A stretch of 64,000 bases of DNA from Paraspadella gotoi (Eukaryota > Animalia > Chaetognatha), in the NCBI GenBank assembly GCA_051294375.1, contig CM119271.1, forward strand, positions 3,069,061 through 3,133,060, read 5' to 3'. Positions 19,174-32,391 of the stretch are shown one piece after another (within the stretch, counting starts at the first letter, position 1; every line of letters starts with the position of its first letter). Both the position numbers and the translations under genes were made by a program. The notes below the pieces were generated by a model. The model saw only the letters and a program-made list of their open reading frames with translations, had not been told where the DNA came from and did no database searches.

Positions 19174-21907
19174 ATGACGTTTCTCGGAACGGCTTCGAGA
19201 CATTTTCTCCGTCCCTCTACGACAGTCCCCCGCGCGGCTACACTTTTCAAACATCTCCCCAACGATGGAGAAATATCGAGAGTCCAAATCGCCCGTAACT
19301 TTCCCGGGTCTCGATCGCATATTCTCGGTCCCTCGCCCATCCTTCCTCCCCTTATCCCTCTCAGCCAGAGTCGACCCTTCCGCGTCACTCCCGCCCGCGC
19401 CATCCCCATGCCCGCCCTTCTATTAATCAAAAACGCTCTCAAAATCGGGACAATTTTCGTGGGCCGATTCTTCCGCGGTTGGTACCGCCGAAAGTCTAAC
19501 GAGGAGAAGCGGGAGTTCAAGAGGCGAGTTTGGAGTCATCGTTCCAAGCTGTGGTGGTCCGCGGTGGCGCTGGGCAGTGCAGTTATTGCTTGGTTCGCAA
19601 CGCATTTGGAGAGGACCCCGATGACCGGCAGGTTGAGGTGAGAAAGCTAGGAGTTTTTTATGTCCTTTTAGTCTTCCTTAATGTACGTATACTTAATTTT
19701 TAGTTTTCTTTCAAAATTCATTCATTTTTCAACCTCCCCCCAATTTGATTTATATATCAGGTGGGTGGCGTTGACGAGAAAACAGGTAAACGAGTTGTCT
19801 CAGCTTGAGCTCTCCCAACTCTGTCAGCTCCATGGTCCGAATTTGGTGTCCGAGGACACGCGCCTTTACCAAAACATCAAACAAATCATCGACAACCTCA
19901 TTCAGGGCAATAGGTTCGTATAAAAAGTTTGGTATAAAAGAATTGATAACTTTTCTAAGAAGCCCGAATCGTACTGGTCAGGGATATTTCGGTCTTCAAC
20001 GATTTGAAATGGAAGCTTCACGTTGTGGACCGAAAGGACATCCAGAACGCTTTAGTTTTATCGTCAGGGGACATCTTTGTCTTCACTGGACTGTTGCAGG
20101 CGAGAAATTCTAGAGGGAAAATAATATTAAGGATAAAAATTATGAATCTATTTTTTTTTTCCTTATTCTTTCACCTCGGTTTTTAGTTGCGTTTTAAGTC
20201 ACTTTTCGGTCGGTCGGTAAGTCTGTCCGTCGGGCTGTCCCACTTACGTTAAAAATGCATATAATTCGCCTATTGCTGATTGTTCATTTGTTAAGACAGA
20301 AAAAACCTCAAATCTAAGGGACTGCTAGCGCCGACTTCAGGAAATCCTAAACTATAAAGAATAAAAGACGGAATTTTGATGCAGTGCATGTCATAAATAC
20401 ACGAGCGAAAAAAGTTTTTTTAATCATGTCATGTCATATCATATGATCAAAAAGAAAAAAAATAAAGTTAAAATAGTCATGCGGCGCAACACCTTGGAAT
20501 TACCGTTCTTAGTTCTTCTTGACAGACGTTAGAGAACGACGACGAGATCGCCTCTATTCTCGGTCACGAGATGGCGCATCGTGTTTTGGGTCACGATCTG
20601 GAGAAAGCGTCTCGCGCCCACATCCTCGATTGTGTCTTCATCGTCCTCGCCGGCGTCGTCTGGTTTCTCGCCGGCTCCGATCTCTTGTCCTTTATCTCCC
20701 AGAATATTAGGTCTGTGTGGTTTGGATAAAATTAATCGCATACTTTTCAATCCTGGCTTTATTGTTTAGAGAGGCCGTTTGATGAGTAAATTGCAATGCT
20801 GATTGTTGTCAATTCCAAACTTCGTTTCTCTTAAACAGTGAAAAAATTCTTCGCGTGATATTGGAATTACCTTACGGACGGGAACTGGAAAAAGAAGCAG
20901 ATGTAGTGGGACTTGAATTGTCCGCAAAAGCTTGCTACGACGTCAGGTAGTATAATTTTTCAAGAAGTATTTTTTTTTACTTCTTTGGCTTTGTCCTAAT
21001 CAAAACTACCCTTATTCTTAAAATGTTGTAATAATAATCATAATCATATTAGGAGGTGATCACTTGACTCACGTAAAAAAAACATATAAGAAAAGTTTTT
21101 TGGTAGAGTGCTTTCCCTTTTAAATATTTATAAAAAAGTAAAATGTAAATAGGATTAATAGACAGACCGACCGATAGATCGAAAATTGTCTTATGAAATT
21201 TTATTGAGAATACTCGTATCCCAACTAAAAACCTCATCGTCAACTCCCAGATCGAGCTCAAACGTTTGGACAACAATGTTCCTGAGGCAAAAAATCGAGG
21301 GAAACATCGGGGCCGATTCTCCGGTGACCACTTATTTTTCCACACATCCCTCGGACTTGGAAAGAGCGAGTAAGTTCTTAAGATCGAGACGTTTGCGAAA
21401 TCCATCTGCTATGAGCTTTTCTCTCTTCAGACGCCCTGGACGCGGAGATACCCTCCGCCCTCCACAAACGAAAGGCTTGTAACTGCCCTCCCCTTCCCCA
21501 CCTGGATCCCCGTCGCCCTCTGAAGTTCCTCAAAACTTTTCTCGACACGCTTGACGAGGAGGAGATGGCCTCCCTGCGGAGGGCCTCGTCGGAGAATCGG
21601 CTCAAATCGGACTTGGAGGATCTCATCACGAAAAAACGCTGGGAGAAAGTGAGAGAAAGACGCGCGAACAAATCGAAATGGGTTTCTTATCTTTCGTTAT
21701 TTTCAGATGGAAGAGGATCACCGAAAAGAATTAGATGCGGTAAAGACGCGGATAAAAAAAGCGGAAGTTTTGGAGGAGCGTACGAAGGAAGCGGGATCTT
21801 TGGAGAAAGTAGAGAAAAGCTCATCTCCAAATAAAACTACCAAATCAAATGAATTGGACGATGAAATCAGACCAAACTCCTCAGAAAAGTCAAAGGTTTT
21901 GGCTTAA
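19174..21907 (+). CDS. OMA1: Mitochondrial metalloprotease OMA1 (peptidase M48)
   Basis: Arg-rich presequence, HLERTPMTGRLR, NALVLSSGDIFVFTGLL, zinc motif GHEMAH, LPYGRELEKEADVVG and YFSTHPS. Confidence 0.92.
20181..20520. mobile_element. Putative non-autonomous Helentron/DINE-1-like element in an OMA1 intron
   Basis: Starts TTTTAGTTGCG, contains a GGTC/GTCC microsatellite (cggtcggtcgg..gtccgtcgg) and has an inverted CGCAAC near the 3' end. It accounts for an unusually long intron. Confidence 0.4.
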
Positions 21908-22069
21908 AACTCGTGCCCGATATATTTCGTTGAATGACGATGAATAACTTTTGCCATCTGTGATACTGGTTTGATATTGGTTTTTTCTTTTGGCATTATC
22001 TTGTCGTTTTATATTTCAGCAGATAGTCCTCTAGATTATAAAGAAGTTAAACTGTAAAATCGCCTCGTT

Positions 22070-24437
22070 ATGTCGGCGATCGAGAGGTCGAAGCCTTTAA
22101 CCGTCCAAACTTCTCTCTCTGACGCCGCCATGTCCAACGTGAGTCCGTGCCTTTCTCGTTCACGCCTCCGCAACCCGGAGCAAGAATATCAACGCCACGC
22201 CTACCTCACGACGATGTGCGGCGTTCCGCGTTGTTTTCGATCCCACTTTCACCGCAACGGAGCATTTTGCTCGAGCAGCGGTAGATTCGTGGAAGGGGCG
22301 GCCGCGCGGTGTTTTTGCGGCGAGGATCACTTTCACTCGGCTTTGACTCGGGAAGTCTTGAAGAAAGCCTTCAACATTGAGGACGAGGGTGAGATAGGCT
22401 AGTTTGTTTGTTTTTCGTTTTTTTTTTCAGAATATCGGGGGGTTGTACAAATATGGTAATGGAGTCGAATTTTACTCGAGCTCCTCCCCAGGTTTCCCTC
22501 CGTCCCCTCGCTCACGCACGGAACGAGACTCGGGTTTGTCCTCTTCCAGTCCCGATATCTTTGCGGATCGAAGATCTTCGGGAACGGCGAGTCCCGACCC
22601 GGAAAGTGTTTTGCCGACCCCCACGAACTTTTCGACGATTCGGTTTTCTTCGACGTCGTTTTCCGAATTCGCTGTTAAAGAGGCTCCTCGAAATTTTAGT
22701 CCAGAAAGCCACCCGATGCTCGATAAATCCACTCTCTCATCGCGAAAATCTTCTATGTCCCCCGAAGACAAACACGCATTCATTTCCGAGGCTCGACCTC
22801 AAGGTCCGACTCGTCCGCGTGCTTTAGAGAGAACCATCCTCGACGGCGGAAGGCGGGCGACCGACAAAAACAATACTAACGCCGTTGGAAATGGTAAAGT
22901 CGTCGAGCCTAAGTTGCGAAAAACTGGACACGCTCATTCTCCCCCGAACCCGGCCGACAATTATCATTTAACTTCTAGACATTGCGCTGTCCATAAGACC
23001 GAATATGAACGTAAGATTTCCAACTGTGAGGGCGATTGCTCGACACCTCCCATCGTGCAAATGAACGATAAATGTGAACCGAAACGCAGTAGTACATCCG
23101 ACGGGCATTTAGATTATTACTACGAGAAGCGAGAGACGGCCGAAGATCGTATGAAACGAAAAATTTCCTGCAGTTCTTTCCGTCGGAACGGGGAGAATCC
23201 GCATGATTTTCGGTCCGCCGCTCGCGTTCGATCAGGTTGTGAGGTAGTACCGCGATCCATGACCCCGGCGGCGCCATCACCGCCTCCGCTGTCGCCTCCG
23301 CGCGCTAAAGAAACCATCGACGTTAAGATGCAAAGGTTCTTGTCTCGTACTTCAGATATCATTGATGCTCAAAAAGTGGGCGCGGGGATCAAAGTTGAAA
23401 AATTGTCTTCCACGGACGACAACAACAACAACGTCCCCAGTTCCGAAGAGGTTTTCCGCAGTCGTGTCGCCGATTTGGTCGACGCCATGGCCCGCGTCGA
23501 AATTCGAGTCCCGACCGCGGAGTCTATCAGGGATGAGTCCGGCAAAGACTTGGACGGAGCGGACGACTTGGCGCGCTCGTCGAAGTCTCAAGCGATCTCC
23601 AGAGAAGACTGGTCGAGCGATCCCCTTTTATCAAAAGTGACGAGTACGGAAGATGAGGATAAAAATCGCAAGCGGACACAATTTTCACCACAGCAATCGA
23701 CCGTTATTGAATCTTCCAATGCTCTTTCTCAAGAAAAAGAGAAAAGTTTAAAGAAAGATGCTCTATATCCAAATTTGTCAACGCCTCAACTCTCTCGACA
23801 CACCCCTTCACTTCCTCCGCAATTTTTGGCGCCCCAATCGAAGGTCATCGCCAAAGTGGATACTTCAATCATGAAACCATTAGAGGCTTTTCCTAAACCG
23901 AAATCGTGGTGTTCGAAGGAAAAGACCAAAAATCGCGAGCAGTCATCGCCGCAAATTCCGCCACATCACTCTATTTTTTCTCGGTCGCTGTCGGCTCCAA
24001 AGCAAGCGACCAAAGTCCCAAAATCTAACGGGCCAATCGTCTCGCAATCACAAGCTCTTCGAGCGGAGGTCGAGGCTGAAAATCGGAAGCAGTCATCCGC
24101 CAAAGTTCGATCAAAACCTTCGTCGCAACCTTTGTCGAATATTCCGCCGCCTTCACAACCGCAATCGCCGCTCAAAATCTCGCCACCCCGGGAAGAGTTA
24201 CAATCCACACCGCCCTCCATTAGACTCCAGATTTTGGACAAACGCATTCTTCGCGTCGTTAACGTTCCGATGGCTTGGCGCGAGAAATTATACCATTACG
24301 TAAACACGCTCGATTACCACATGGCAAAACATTTGAATGATGGCGACTCCATTGGGGTTGAATTGATTTTTGTTGAACCATATCAGGCGACCAGGGCCCG
24401 CGACAGGTTCGACTTGAGCAAAGTGAGAGTCGATTGA
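22070..24437 (+). CDS. Orphan gene: Cys/His-rich N-terminal ORF plus long Ser/Pro-rich ORF ending in a possible divergent RRM; frame junction problematic
   Basis: 110-aa and 677-aa ORFs with coding-like composition, separated by a 42-nt GT-AG intron (22389-22430). AATAAA at 24521. Confidence 0.65.
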
Positions 24438-25054
24438 AACTCGTTCATACGGCTCTCGGAGGGGCATTCATTTTTAGTTTTTAGTTTAGAATTGACAATG
24501 TTACGAATCGTATTCATGTTAATAAATTGAGTCATTCAATTAAATCAAATACAAAGGCTTAAATTACATTTTGATCTTGTTTCTTATTAAATTATTGTTT
24601 AACGTTTATTTCGTCTCGTCACCGCGACAGTCCCCATACATTGAAAAAGGCAGAGAATATATAAATTTTCGTTAGGTTTGCCTAAACGAGTTAAGCTGAG
24701 TCAGATTAAAATAAATACAGAAAGTAAGGCAAGAAAAAAATGAATGGCAAAAAATAAAAAAGAAAGAAAACCGGCGTAAATAATAAATCTGGCTATAATT
24801 GCTCTTAATTTCGCTTTTCCTAACGAGGCGTTTTTTTTACCTGAACTCGTAATATTAAAGCTCACCCGGGCTTTATATATTTATTACATTTATTTATAAC
24901 AAGAAAAAATATCGATGTATTTATGACCAATTCTTGTCAATTTTTATCAGAATGTGGTAATAATAATAAATATAATAATAATAATAATAAAAACAAAAAG
25001 AGAAATTGATCCCTCGAAAACGATATCGCTCGATGACATCTCGAGCGAGAGACA

Positions 25055-28024
25055 ATGAAAGGAAAGGGCGGAACCGGTGTGGCGACCCTGCTTTCGCCCG
25101 TCTCTCTTTACGTCAATATTTGTCGCTCCGTTATGAACGCCGATCCCAATGATTCCGACTCGCTCTTGGAGCTCAACGACTTTATGCCGTATTTAAGGTG
25201 AGGAAACTTGAAAAGAAGTTTCTCAGTCCATCGTCAGGTTTTAAACAGTTCTCTTTCCGTTCCCCCGATATTTTCTTCCAGGCAGTCGTTGTCTTGTCTC
25301 GTTTGCGCCAAGTTGATACAGAATCCAATGAGGCCTCCTCACAATCACTGTCGGCATATTGTATGCAAACGCTGCATCGGTAAGAGACCCTTACGCACTT
25401 TTTTTCGAAAGTGATCGAAACGACTTAATTTTTGAATGCGGCCTTTTCGGTCAGGAGGTCGGATGAGGCTCAAGCCCAAGTGCAGTTGGTGCCGTGACCA
25501 ATCCGTCTTCATCAAAGACGCTCAGCTCAGGTCCCTCGTCAACTGCTACGTGCTCATGTGCGAATACGTGAATAGGTAAGGTCTAAGGAGTAATACGCGT
25601 TTTAAAGAATTAATGTAATAAATGATAAATATTTAATCGAGAATTCCGAAATATGCTGCTCCGTTTTTGTGCTATCAGCTGCCTCGCGGAGCCCCTTCGC
25701 AGCGCCTCCCAAAAGCGCCTTCAAGAATCCGGGGGCGTCCGGCTGGCGCCGGTAGCGCCGCTTACGTCGACCGACGTGGTGGATATGGTGCAAGAAGGAG
25801 TAGAGTTCGAGCGATTCAATGACGAGGACGACGACGACGCAGGCGAAGACGACGACGACGACGACGGAAGCGAAGACGACGACGACGACGATGATGCGAC
25901 CGAAGTGGGCGATTTTGAGGAGGCGATGCTCGAGAGTGACGGCGACGAAGATTTCGGCGGTTGGCCCGACGACGCGTTGGACGGCGAACCTCGAGGGTGG
26001 AAGTATCTCGACTTGGACGCTGAGGCGTCTCCAGAGACCCCGGACGCTGCCGTCGAGAAAGACCCCGGTCTCGGTCTCGAGATAACCGCCGTCAAGCGGG
26101 AGAGGACGGACGACGAAAAGCCGGCGAATTTCCCGCCGCCTTCGACGCCGGAAATTCCTCCCGCCGCCGACGTCGTCTCGCCGCCGGGCCGAGCCGCTCT
26201 CGACGGTGCGACGCCGGAAACCGAGTCGGCGGCCTTGTGTCTCGCCACCGTTAAGGTTTCTTTCGACGCCGACGACGTCCAGTCTTCCAACGACGAGTTC
26301 CACGACGCCGTCGAGGCCGTTGAGGAAGTGGAGGAGGCTGCGGCAACAGCGGCGGCTGCGGTAGCGGCCGGGGACTTACCCGGTTTGGAAAATTCTGAGA
26401 TTGAACACGTATCGAAGGAAGAACCGGCCGTGTTCGATTTCATCGGTGAGGAAACCTTTTCTCTCCATCCCTTATCCTTTGAATCACTGAATGATCGAGA
26501 TCCATTTCATCAATTCCGTTCAGATAGCGAAATCGTCAACATGATGGTTAAAACTTCTCCCGATACCGACTGTTTCTTGACGAGCACCGCCGACGCCGTT
26601 TCCGCCGTGACCACACTCGGTTCCACCGTCACGGTCGCCGCTTCTCCCGACATCTCCAGCTCCCCACCTCCCGCCGCTCTTTTTAATCTCGCGCCCGATC
26701 TTTGCCACCAGAATTTCGCCGCCCTACCCGCCACCTCATCCGCGGTCCCGGCCGTCGTCTCTAACGCGGGGTGAGAGCGGGTTTGAGGCCAAGGCAAAAC
26801 AAAACCTTTTCTCAAAATATATTCTAGTAAAAAGTTGTTCTCTATCATTAGGCCCAAGACTTTCGCGGGGAAAAGAAAGTCTTGTCTCGCTCCCGAATCT
26901 CCGCGCTCTTCTTCGAACAAAATCTCCGGTGCTCAAAAGATTCAACTTTTGACCTTCGACGGCGCCACCGCCGCCGCCGTCTCCTCCTCCGACGGCACCG
27001 CTTCCTCCTCGATGCCGACCACGGCGCCGCTCGACATTATGAAACACGGCAAGCTCAAACGGGTCATCGCCCGAGTCGGTGTTTCTGAGAAGCAAACCAG
27101 AAGTAAGCAATTCGCGTGTCTGGATGGATGAATTTTATTATTTTTTTATTCGCGAAAATTATTTTTTTTTGTTTTATTTGAATCATTCAGGTTACGTTCC
27201 GGTTCCGTCCCACCCGTCTCTACCTCACTCGACGACCGTCCAGCGCTTCGTCGAGAATCCCAAGATCGTCAAACCGCAGTCGAGGGGTCGGGCGAAGGAA
27301 TTTCGAAAGGGCGGGTGCAGGTATTTTTTCCCAAAATTTTGCGCCTTTAGTAATTTACAAGAATTTCGTACGTCTGATTAGTTTATGATTGCTACTGCTA
27401 CTTTTATTTTGAGTATTGCTCCTTGACTCGCAGGTTAGCCTTCAAAAGTTTTAAACACATTTTGGCATCAACGTAACTTTAACGGTTTCATTGTCATCCA
27501 CCTTAGATGCGGCATGGCGACCCAAACACCGGGCCAACTCACATGTTGTGGCCAACGTTGCCCTTGTTACGTGGGCGGAGAACGTTGCGTCGGCTGCAGG
27601 TAATTATTAGGAGAGAGAATAATCTTCTTTTTCCACCCAGGGGTCTTTTTGGTGTTCTATGAATCATTTCCTTTCTTTACTTTTTTCTGAGTTTTTTAAT
27701 CTTTTCTAATTTGAATTCGTATTTAGAACTTCCAACTGATTTAGTTTTTTCCATTTCCACTAACATGTTTAATTAATTCAAGTTCGGCTTCTAAGAAAAC
27801 TCGGTTATTTAACCGACTTCCCTTTTTCCACAAGATGCCGCGGATGCCGAAACCCTTACGACGAGCACGGCAACAAGCGTGAGCTCAGCATCCAAGACAT
27901 CCTTCGCAGCGCCGCCTCTACTGACGCCGTGCCCACCAAGGCTCTTGTCGTGCAGAAGCCGGCCGGAAAGAGGACGACTATCTACAATCTCGGCAAGGAC
28001 ACGTGGAAGGTGAAGCCCATGTGA
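25055..28024 (+). CDS. MSL2: E3 ligase MSL2 (N-terminal RING, acidic linker, C-terminal CXC)
   Basis: SLYVNICRSV..LRQSLSCLVC..CRHIVCKRCIGGRMRLKPKCSWC RING. The spliced CXC reads GCRCGMATQTPGQLTCCGQRCPCY..CVGCRCRGCRNP. Confidence 0.92.
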
Positions 28025-28633
28025 TCCACCCCGCCAACGGGGTCAGCAACTATTTTTACATTCCGATACGGAAGCATCGGAACGAATTGACGGCTACTCG
28101 TCTCTGTGATAATTGATGAAACCGTCTTTTCGTTCTTTTCAAAATCAACTATGTACGTATGTACTAAAAATCCAGAAACAAAATAAACTCAAAAAGCGTT
28201 CTTTCAGTTTATCCCATTTTAGCATTCACTTCCCCTCGTAAATGGATTGTACTCATAAATAGTTAATAATCGTGCTTCTTTTTTTCTATCACCTTCATGA
28301 TACGATTTATCATGGTCTTTTTTTTTTATAACTCATTAATATTCATCATCTATTATTTTTAACCATCTACTTAGATTAATTCATCTCTTTTTGTAACGAA
28401 AAACCAGTTTGTGTGTAAACTCAATTCATCTCTTTTTCCAGTTTCTAGTCAACGAAATTACATTTCACGAATCGTAATTTGCTAATCAACCTTGACTTGG
28501 AATAAAATGCAATTAACTCGTTTTGTAAGTTCTTGATCCTGGCGACATTCTCGCAATAAGACCGTTTCGATCGCGGATTCGTTGAATGCAGAAGAAAAAA
28601 CCAAACGACTTCCCCCGACGTTTCGCTAATTTT

Positions 28634-29976
28634 ATGCGTTTTACGAAAACGAAACTACTTTTCCTAGTCACCCTTACAATGGCCTTGTCCCTCCTTCGAA
28701 TCACGATGGGAGCTAATCACAGTCAAACCTTCAAAAAACTCCAGTCGTTTTGCAAAAAACGTTCCAAAGTCAAGTTTCCGCAGGTTGTGATGGATCCAAT
28801 TTTTGGGAGACGTTTTGACGAACTAAATTAGTTACTTTATGGTATTTTAAAATTAAATTCCTGCCCGACCTTCCCTGTTTTCTTTATTCATGCTAGGCGT
28901 CCTCGGCGTCGGAAAAGTCAACTCTGACGTCGCGATTGACTCCGCTGCAGTTTCGCGTGACGCAAGACGGCGGGACGGAACGCGCCTTCGCCGGGGAATT
29001 CGTCGGTCACAAGGGGAGAGGCACGTACGGTTGCGTCGTGTGCGGGCAGGTGAGTTTACGAAGGGTAAAGTTAAGTCGAAACCGGTGATTATTTTAGAAA
29101 TGTGGAGAGGTGAATCCTGAATTATTAGGGACGAAATGACTTTAAGCATTCTCCTATTGTGTGTGTGTGTGTGATGCGTATGTTTACATTGTGTGGTGTC
29201 TTTCTGTGAGCTTCTCACCACTTCTAATCTTCAGGACTTAAAAAGCATTCACCTATTCTCTCCGTTTGTGTGAGGCGTAGGTCTGCATTTTATGGTGTCC
29301 GTCTGTGTTTCTAATCTCCCTAAATTCGCCCGCGATTCCCTCCTCAGGAATTGTTTTCCTCCAAGACCAAGTACGAATCTTACTCGGGGTGGCCTTCCTT
29401 CTACGACGTCATCGAGCAGAATCGCGTCGTACTCTTCGAAGACATGGCCAACGGCCTTCATCGTATCGAAGGTAGTCTCCACTTTGGGCCCTTTCTCCTC
29501 ACCAACGTTTAAATTTTAATAAAAAATATAATACATAGGTTTTTTTTTAATTCTGTTAGTCGTGTGCGCGGAATGTGGCGCCCATTTAGGACATGTTTTT
29601 GACGACGGTCCGAAGCCGACGAATACCAGGTGAATAGTTTACCGTGGCAATTTTATTGTTACTTTTTTTCGAATAAGTAATAAAATAATCTTGAAAGAAC
29701 AAAACATGACTTTTCAGATACTGCGTCAACAGCGCCTCTCTCCGATTTTATCCCAAATCCTCTCGTTGCGAAGAAAACTCGAAAATTCCGTCGCAGCCTC
29801 GCGAAAAGACTTGGAGCGATCCGAAAGAAGCTCCGGACGAAGACGCCTGCGTCGCCGCCGCCGAAGACGACGCCGCCGTCGAGACCTCGACTCTCGACGG
29901 CGAAGGAAACGAGGACGACGCGTTCGCGCCGAGTATCTCCGAATTCAAGTGCACCTCGTCCGGTTGCGGACCATAA
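28634..29976 (+). CDS. Methionine-R-sulfoxide reductase MsrB (Cys type, MSRB2/3-like); alternative start at 28679
   Basis: [44 protein letters not shown] and catalytic RYCVNS, followed by an acidic C-terminal tail. Confidence 0.92.
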
Positions 29977-31321
29977 CGTTGTTTACGAACGAATGTTTGT
30001 GGAATCGGCCCGAGCGAAAAGGATGTGATGGTCGACGGTTATGCTTTATGGTTTTGAGTTGCTGTATTTTTTTTTCCTGTCGTCTTGCGTTATATTTGCG
30101 ATTTTTGTTTCTATTAGTATTACGAAATTCCTTCGAACGAATAATTCCTTTTTTTCCCATTTTGGCAAAATGTGATTATGGTTGGATAGGGGGGGGATTA
30201 ATGTCGTCATCTTCCTATTACTATTTCATAAAAAATTGGGTTTCAATTCTTTGAAATTGGCTAATATTGATCGTCTGCCATGTCTTTCATTTAGATTTCG
30301 TTGTATATTTGATTTCTTTTCATTTAAAAGTATCATTTAAATCACCGCTTTTAAATTGATTTGCCGCTACTCGTTCCAGCATTTTCAATATTGGTCTCAT
30401 GCGCTTTGGTTTCAAAGTTCATCTTGTTGCTAATCATCAAAATTGTCCAACTAACTTGAACGACGCAGTTCGTCTTATTTAAGATTACCATAAAAATCAT
30501 TAGTATGTCATATTTATATCTTTCTTATAGATCGATAATTGTTTAATATGTGCGTAATTATATTTGGGCATGGTCTGACTCCCTTGACTCCTTTACTTAA
30601 AACTAATAAATAATTGTATTTGTATAATTGGGAAAATTAAAATGCTTAACCTAAAGGATCCATGAAAAAAAAATTTACCTAATTACTTAAATACATAAAT
30701 TACATATTGTAATAGTGGTTCGAATAGAACAATTTTAAAAGATTCTAAATAAAAATCTTTATAAAATGTCTAATTTTTAATCACATTTAAAAAATTTGTT
30801 TCCGAAACGACTCCTGCCCAATTGCCCATTGCCGATCGAAAAATATCGTAGGATTAATGCTACCAATTTTCAAACATTTATCATTATTATTTTCTAATCT
30901 GCTTGAATATTTGCTTTTTTTGGTTTGCTATTTATATAATTAAATCATTAAAATTTTCATTTTTCAAGCAGTCATGATTAATGAATGTTTTTGTTTATAT
31001 CAGTTATAGAAATAATGAAATTTAGCTATATGTAGAATTAAAAATAAAAGACGAAATCAATTTACAGATTAGTAAACAACTAACAACGTTATTGACATTG
31101 AACCTAAAAATTATACATAGTACGTTTATGTGTAATGTATATGTGATAACGTCAGTTCATGTTTAAAATTAAATAGGTCCTCGGATTGAGATCGTGTTAT
31201 TTTGTTTTTTCCGTAATCTCTTTGCTGCTGCAGAAGCCCGGCCACACCGAAGCGTCGGTGCTGCGTCTGTTGCTGCCTCCGCCGCAGCTGCTGTCTTCCC
31301 TCAACACGCATTCCTTTCATC

Positions 31322-31334
31322 CTCCGCCATCTTG
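31322..31334 (+). promoter_or_regulatory. YY1-like motif in a GC-rich patch upstream of hnRNP K (candidate promoter/TSS)
   Basis: CCGCCATCTTG matches the YY1 consensus CGCCATnTT. It lies in a GC patch after about 1 kb of AT-rich spacer. Confidence 0.35.
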
Positions 31335-32391
31335 ATCTCATTGCAAATCACTCTCAAATCAAATATGAGGTCAAAATCGCGTCACTCAGCGCGTCGAGGC
31401 GTTTAAAGTTCCTTTTAAACGCTTCCCCGACGTCACAACTCTCTCTCCCGATCGCATGGGCACTTAAACATCCGGATATCGATATAACAGTAAAATTATG
31501 ATGGGTCCTTTCTTTTTAAAAAAATAACCGAAAGCCCTTTATTAACCTATCAACCTTTTCCTTTTTTTTCCTCCTTTCATCCGCCTTTTTTTAAAATATG
31601 TAAAATACTTATGTATTTTTGTGTAATTCTCGGAGCAGGGTATATTGTTTTTTTTAAAGATACGCATCCTGCTGTAGAACAAAGTACGAAAGGTATTATG
31701 AGATCTCCCTAATTTAATGTTATCGCGTTTATGCTTCCAGAATTCCCTGACCGTCACTTTTCCCCAGAAAAGAAACTCTCCTCGTCCCCCATCCTCCAAA
31801 TTTGGGGCCCGAAAGGTTCGATTGTCACGCGAGAGTGTCCCCGAAGTCTTCTTCTTGATCCCGGACCCCCGGACCTTTTTTTGTTAAATCCAAAATTCTC
31901 CTTGATAACTTTTTTTTAACTCCAAAGTCCCCGAAAGTCTCCGAATCGAAAAAAAAAAAGAAAAGGAAAAAAAAAAATCCGTTTTATTGAAAAGTGATTT
32001 AGAGTAATAAGTTGGCGGATCCCCGCACCGAAAATATCGTCCCCTTCAAACCAACCCCGAAGCTTTCGTCCTCTCCTTCTCCACATCCATTGTCCTCGAC
32101 CCCGGGCGGACTTTTTTTCTTCCCTTCCCGCTCTCTCTCTCTCTCTTTCTCTCTCTCAAAAAAAAAACCGAAAAAACCAAAGGAATCCCGGGACCCTCCT
32201 TCCTCTCCTCCAGGAAAGGAAAAAAAAAATACGCCCGTTTCGAAATTAAATATCCTTGGGCCTCTCCCCTCCACCCTTCGATAAATAAGGCTTTTTTTGA
32301 GACGATTTGCTAATTATCATCTCCCCCCCTCCTCCTCCGATTCATTTTCTCCCCGCCACCAAAATAATTTTAAAACCCCTTACCTGCGATC

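Noticed and set aside
25602-26443. Long minus-strand ORFs over MSL2 (also 32707-33636, 43150-44330 and others)
   Set aside because: They are antisense shadows of GC-rich or low-complexity + strand exons and show no independent domain signal.
29718-29740. Selenoprotein MsrB1
   Set aside because: The catalytic motif is RYCVNS with Cys, and there is no in-frame TGA.
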